Of a DNA stretch of 64,000 nucleotides, positions 62,923 through 64,000 are shown in pieces. The notes under the pieces were generated by a model that saw only the letters and a list, made by a program, of their open reading frames with translations, had not been told where the DNA came from and made no database searches. This DNA is from an uncultured Puniceicoccaceae bacterium (GTDB lineage Bacteria; Verrucomicrobiota; Verrucomicrobiia; Opitutales; Oceanipulchritudinaceae): assembly GCA_963933835.1 (NCBI GenBank), contig CAWVVV010000002.1, positions 384,001-448,000 of the forward strand, read 5' to 3'. Positions within the stretch are counted from its first letter, which is position 1. Every line of letters begins with the position of its first letter. The translations under genes and the position numbers were made by a program.

Positions 62923-64000
62923 ATGAACGAATTGGCGAATATTCCTGAAGTCACCCATGAGTGGGGAGCGATCCTCCCTGAGATTATTCTCGGGGTCACT
63001 GCACTGCTTCTTCTTGTTCTTGAGGTGGTGGTCCCGGCGCTGAAGCGCTCTCTTCCCTATGTGGCCATGGTCGTTCAGGGCGGGTTAGCGCTCTACCTCG
63101 GATGGGTAACGTTCAGCGCTCCTGTCGTTGATAGTTCGACCTTCTTCGGTGGGATGTTGTCCCAAGGACCTGACACGAATTGGATGCGGATTTTCTTCCT
63201 CGTCTGCGGAGTCTTTGTTTCTCATCTCGGGCTGACCTATTTGAAAAATCGCCCACTGGCCCGGATTGAGTTTTTCCACATTCAGCTGGTCATTGTCGCG
63301 TGCTTCATGTTGCTCGTGCAGAGCGCTCATTTTGGCATGCTCTTCGTTGCGCTTGAGACCCTGACGATTGGGTTCTACATCCTCGTCGCGTATGGCCGGA
63401 ATAGTAATTTCTCTCTCGAAGCAGGCCTTAAGTATCTAATCACCGGAGCCTTCAGCTCGGGTATTATGCTCTTTGGTATCGTGCTCCTTTTCGGTTCGGC
63501 GAGTAATCCGATTTTCGATTACAGCACGACACAGCCACTCCATTTCAATGAGCTGGGAACCTTTTTCACTAGTTACCATCGCATGCATGATGGCGGCCAG
63601 TCGCTCCTTTCACTTGTGGGTGCAGGGCTCGTGATTTGTGGCCTCGCTTTCAAAATCGGCCTCGTTCCGTTTCAGATTTGGATCGCTGATGTTTATCAAG
63701 GGGCCCCGACGCCGGTAACAGCGTTTCTCGCCGTCGCTTCGAAGGCAGCAGGTGTTTTTGTCCTCATCAACTTGCTCCGTGGTCCTTTTGCAGATCTCGA
63801 CGAGATTACAATGCCGCTTCTCACCGTGATGACTGCAGCGACGCTCCTCATCGGTAACCTCGCGGCCCTCGGCCAACGCAATGTAAAGCGCCTGATGGGC
63901 ATGTCCGGCGTCGCGCATGCCGGTATCCTGATCTTGGGCGTGCTGGCTCTGATTTCACGTCCGAGCCTCATGCCAGTGCTCTTCTTCTACCTCGTGGTCT
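62923..64000 (+). CDS. nuoN: NADH-quinone oxidoreductase subunit N, 3' end outside window
   Basis: Hand translation from ATG 62923 (MNELANIPEVTHEWGAILPEII); EAGLKY, FKIGLVPFQIW.ADVYQGAPTP, NVKRLMG.S.VAHAG. Confidence 0.95.
   Translation, partial: MNELANIPEVTHEWGAILPEIILGVTALLLLVLEVVVPALKRSLPYVAMVVQGGLALYLGWVTFSAPVVDSSTFFGGMLSQGPDTNWMRIFFLVCGVFVSHLGLTYLKNRPLARIEFFHIQLVIVACFMLLVQSAHFGMLFVALETLTIGFYILVAYGRNSNFSLEAGLKYLITGAFSSGIMLFGIVLLFGSASNPIFDYSTTQPLHFNELGTFFTSYHRMHDGGQSLLSLVGAGLVICGLAFKIGLVPFQIWIADVYQGAPTPVTAFLAVASKAAGVFVLINLLRGPFADLDEITMPLLTVMTAATLLIGNLAALGQRNVKRLMGMSGVAHAGILILGVLALISRPSLMPVLFFYLVV

Overview
Core-genome window of a Gram-negative bacterium, most likely Verrucomicrobiota (Opitutales-like). 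That placement is inferred from the gene set, the Trp-rich C-terminal domains and the conserved hypotheticals, not from a marker gene. It holds the 3' part of guaA, a partial his cluster (hisD-hisC-hisB-mscS-hisH), gltA, coaB, an orphan sensor kinase, a membrane pyrophosphatase, lpxA-pdxA, an IscA-type carrier, infC, a Fluc/CrcB pair, clpP, nadE, a PPi-type pfk, a nuclease-DinG helicase fusion, a waaA-led surface-protein locus, an M16 peptidase, trpA, a K+ channel, tRNA-Ser(GGA), a pilin-like gene, DUF481, rsfS, nadD, DUF368, tRNA-Leu(TAA) and a nuoB-N operon running off the right edge. Most notable: (1) a GxxExxY PD-(D/E)xK nuclease gene between nuoF and nuoG, bracketed by inverted arrays of three CACGAAG heptamers and looking like a ~450-bp minimal mobile element; (2) a candidate cargo + dedicated beta-barrel + LolA-like surface-display system, plus Trp-rich C-terminal domains on four unrelated envelope proteins; (3) decay scars on envelope genes, namely an RND efflux operon apparently deleted down to its two ends, a broken TonB receptor, a doubly inactivated CxxCH protein and a frameshifted TIGR03790 gene; (4) a split copy of the tRNA-Ser 3' end. 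Family assignments come from motif recognition only, with no searches run.
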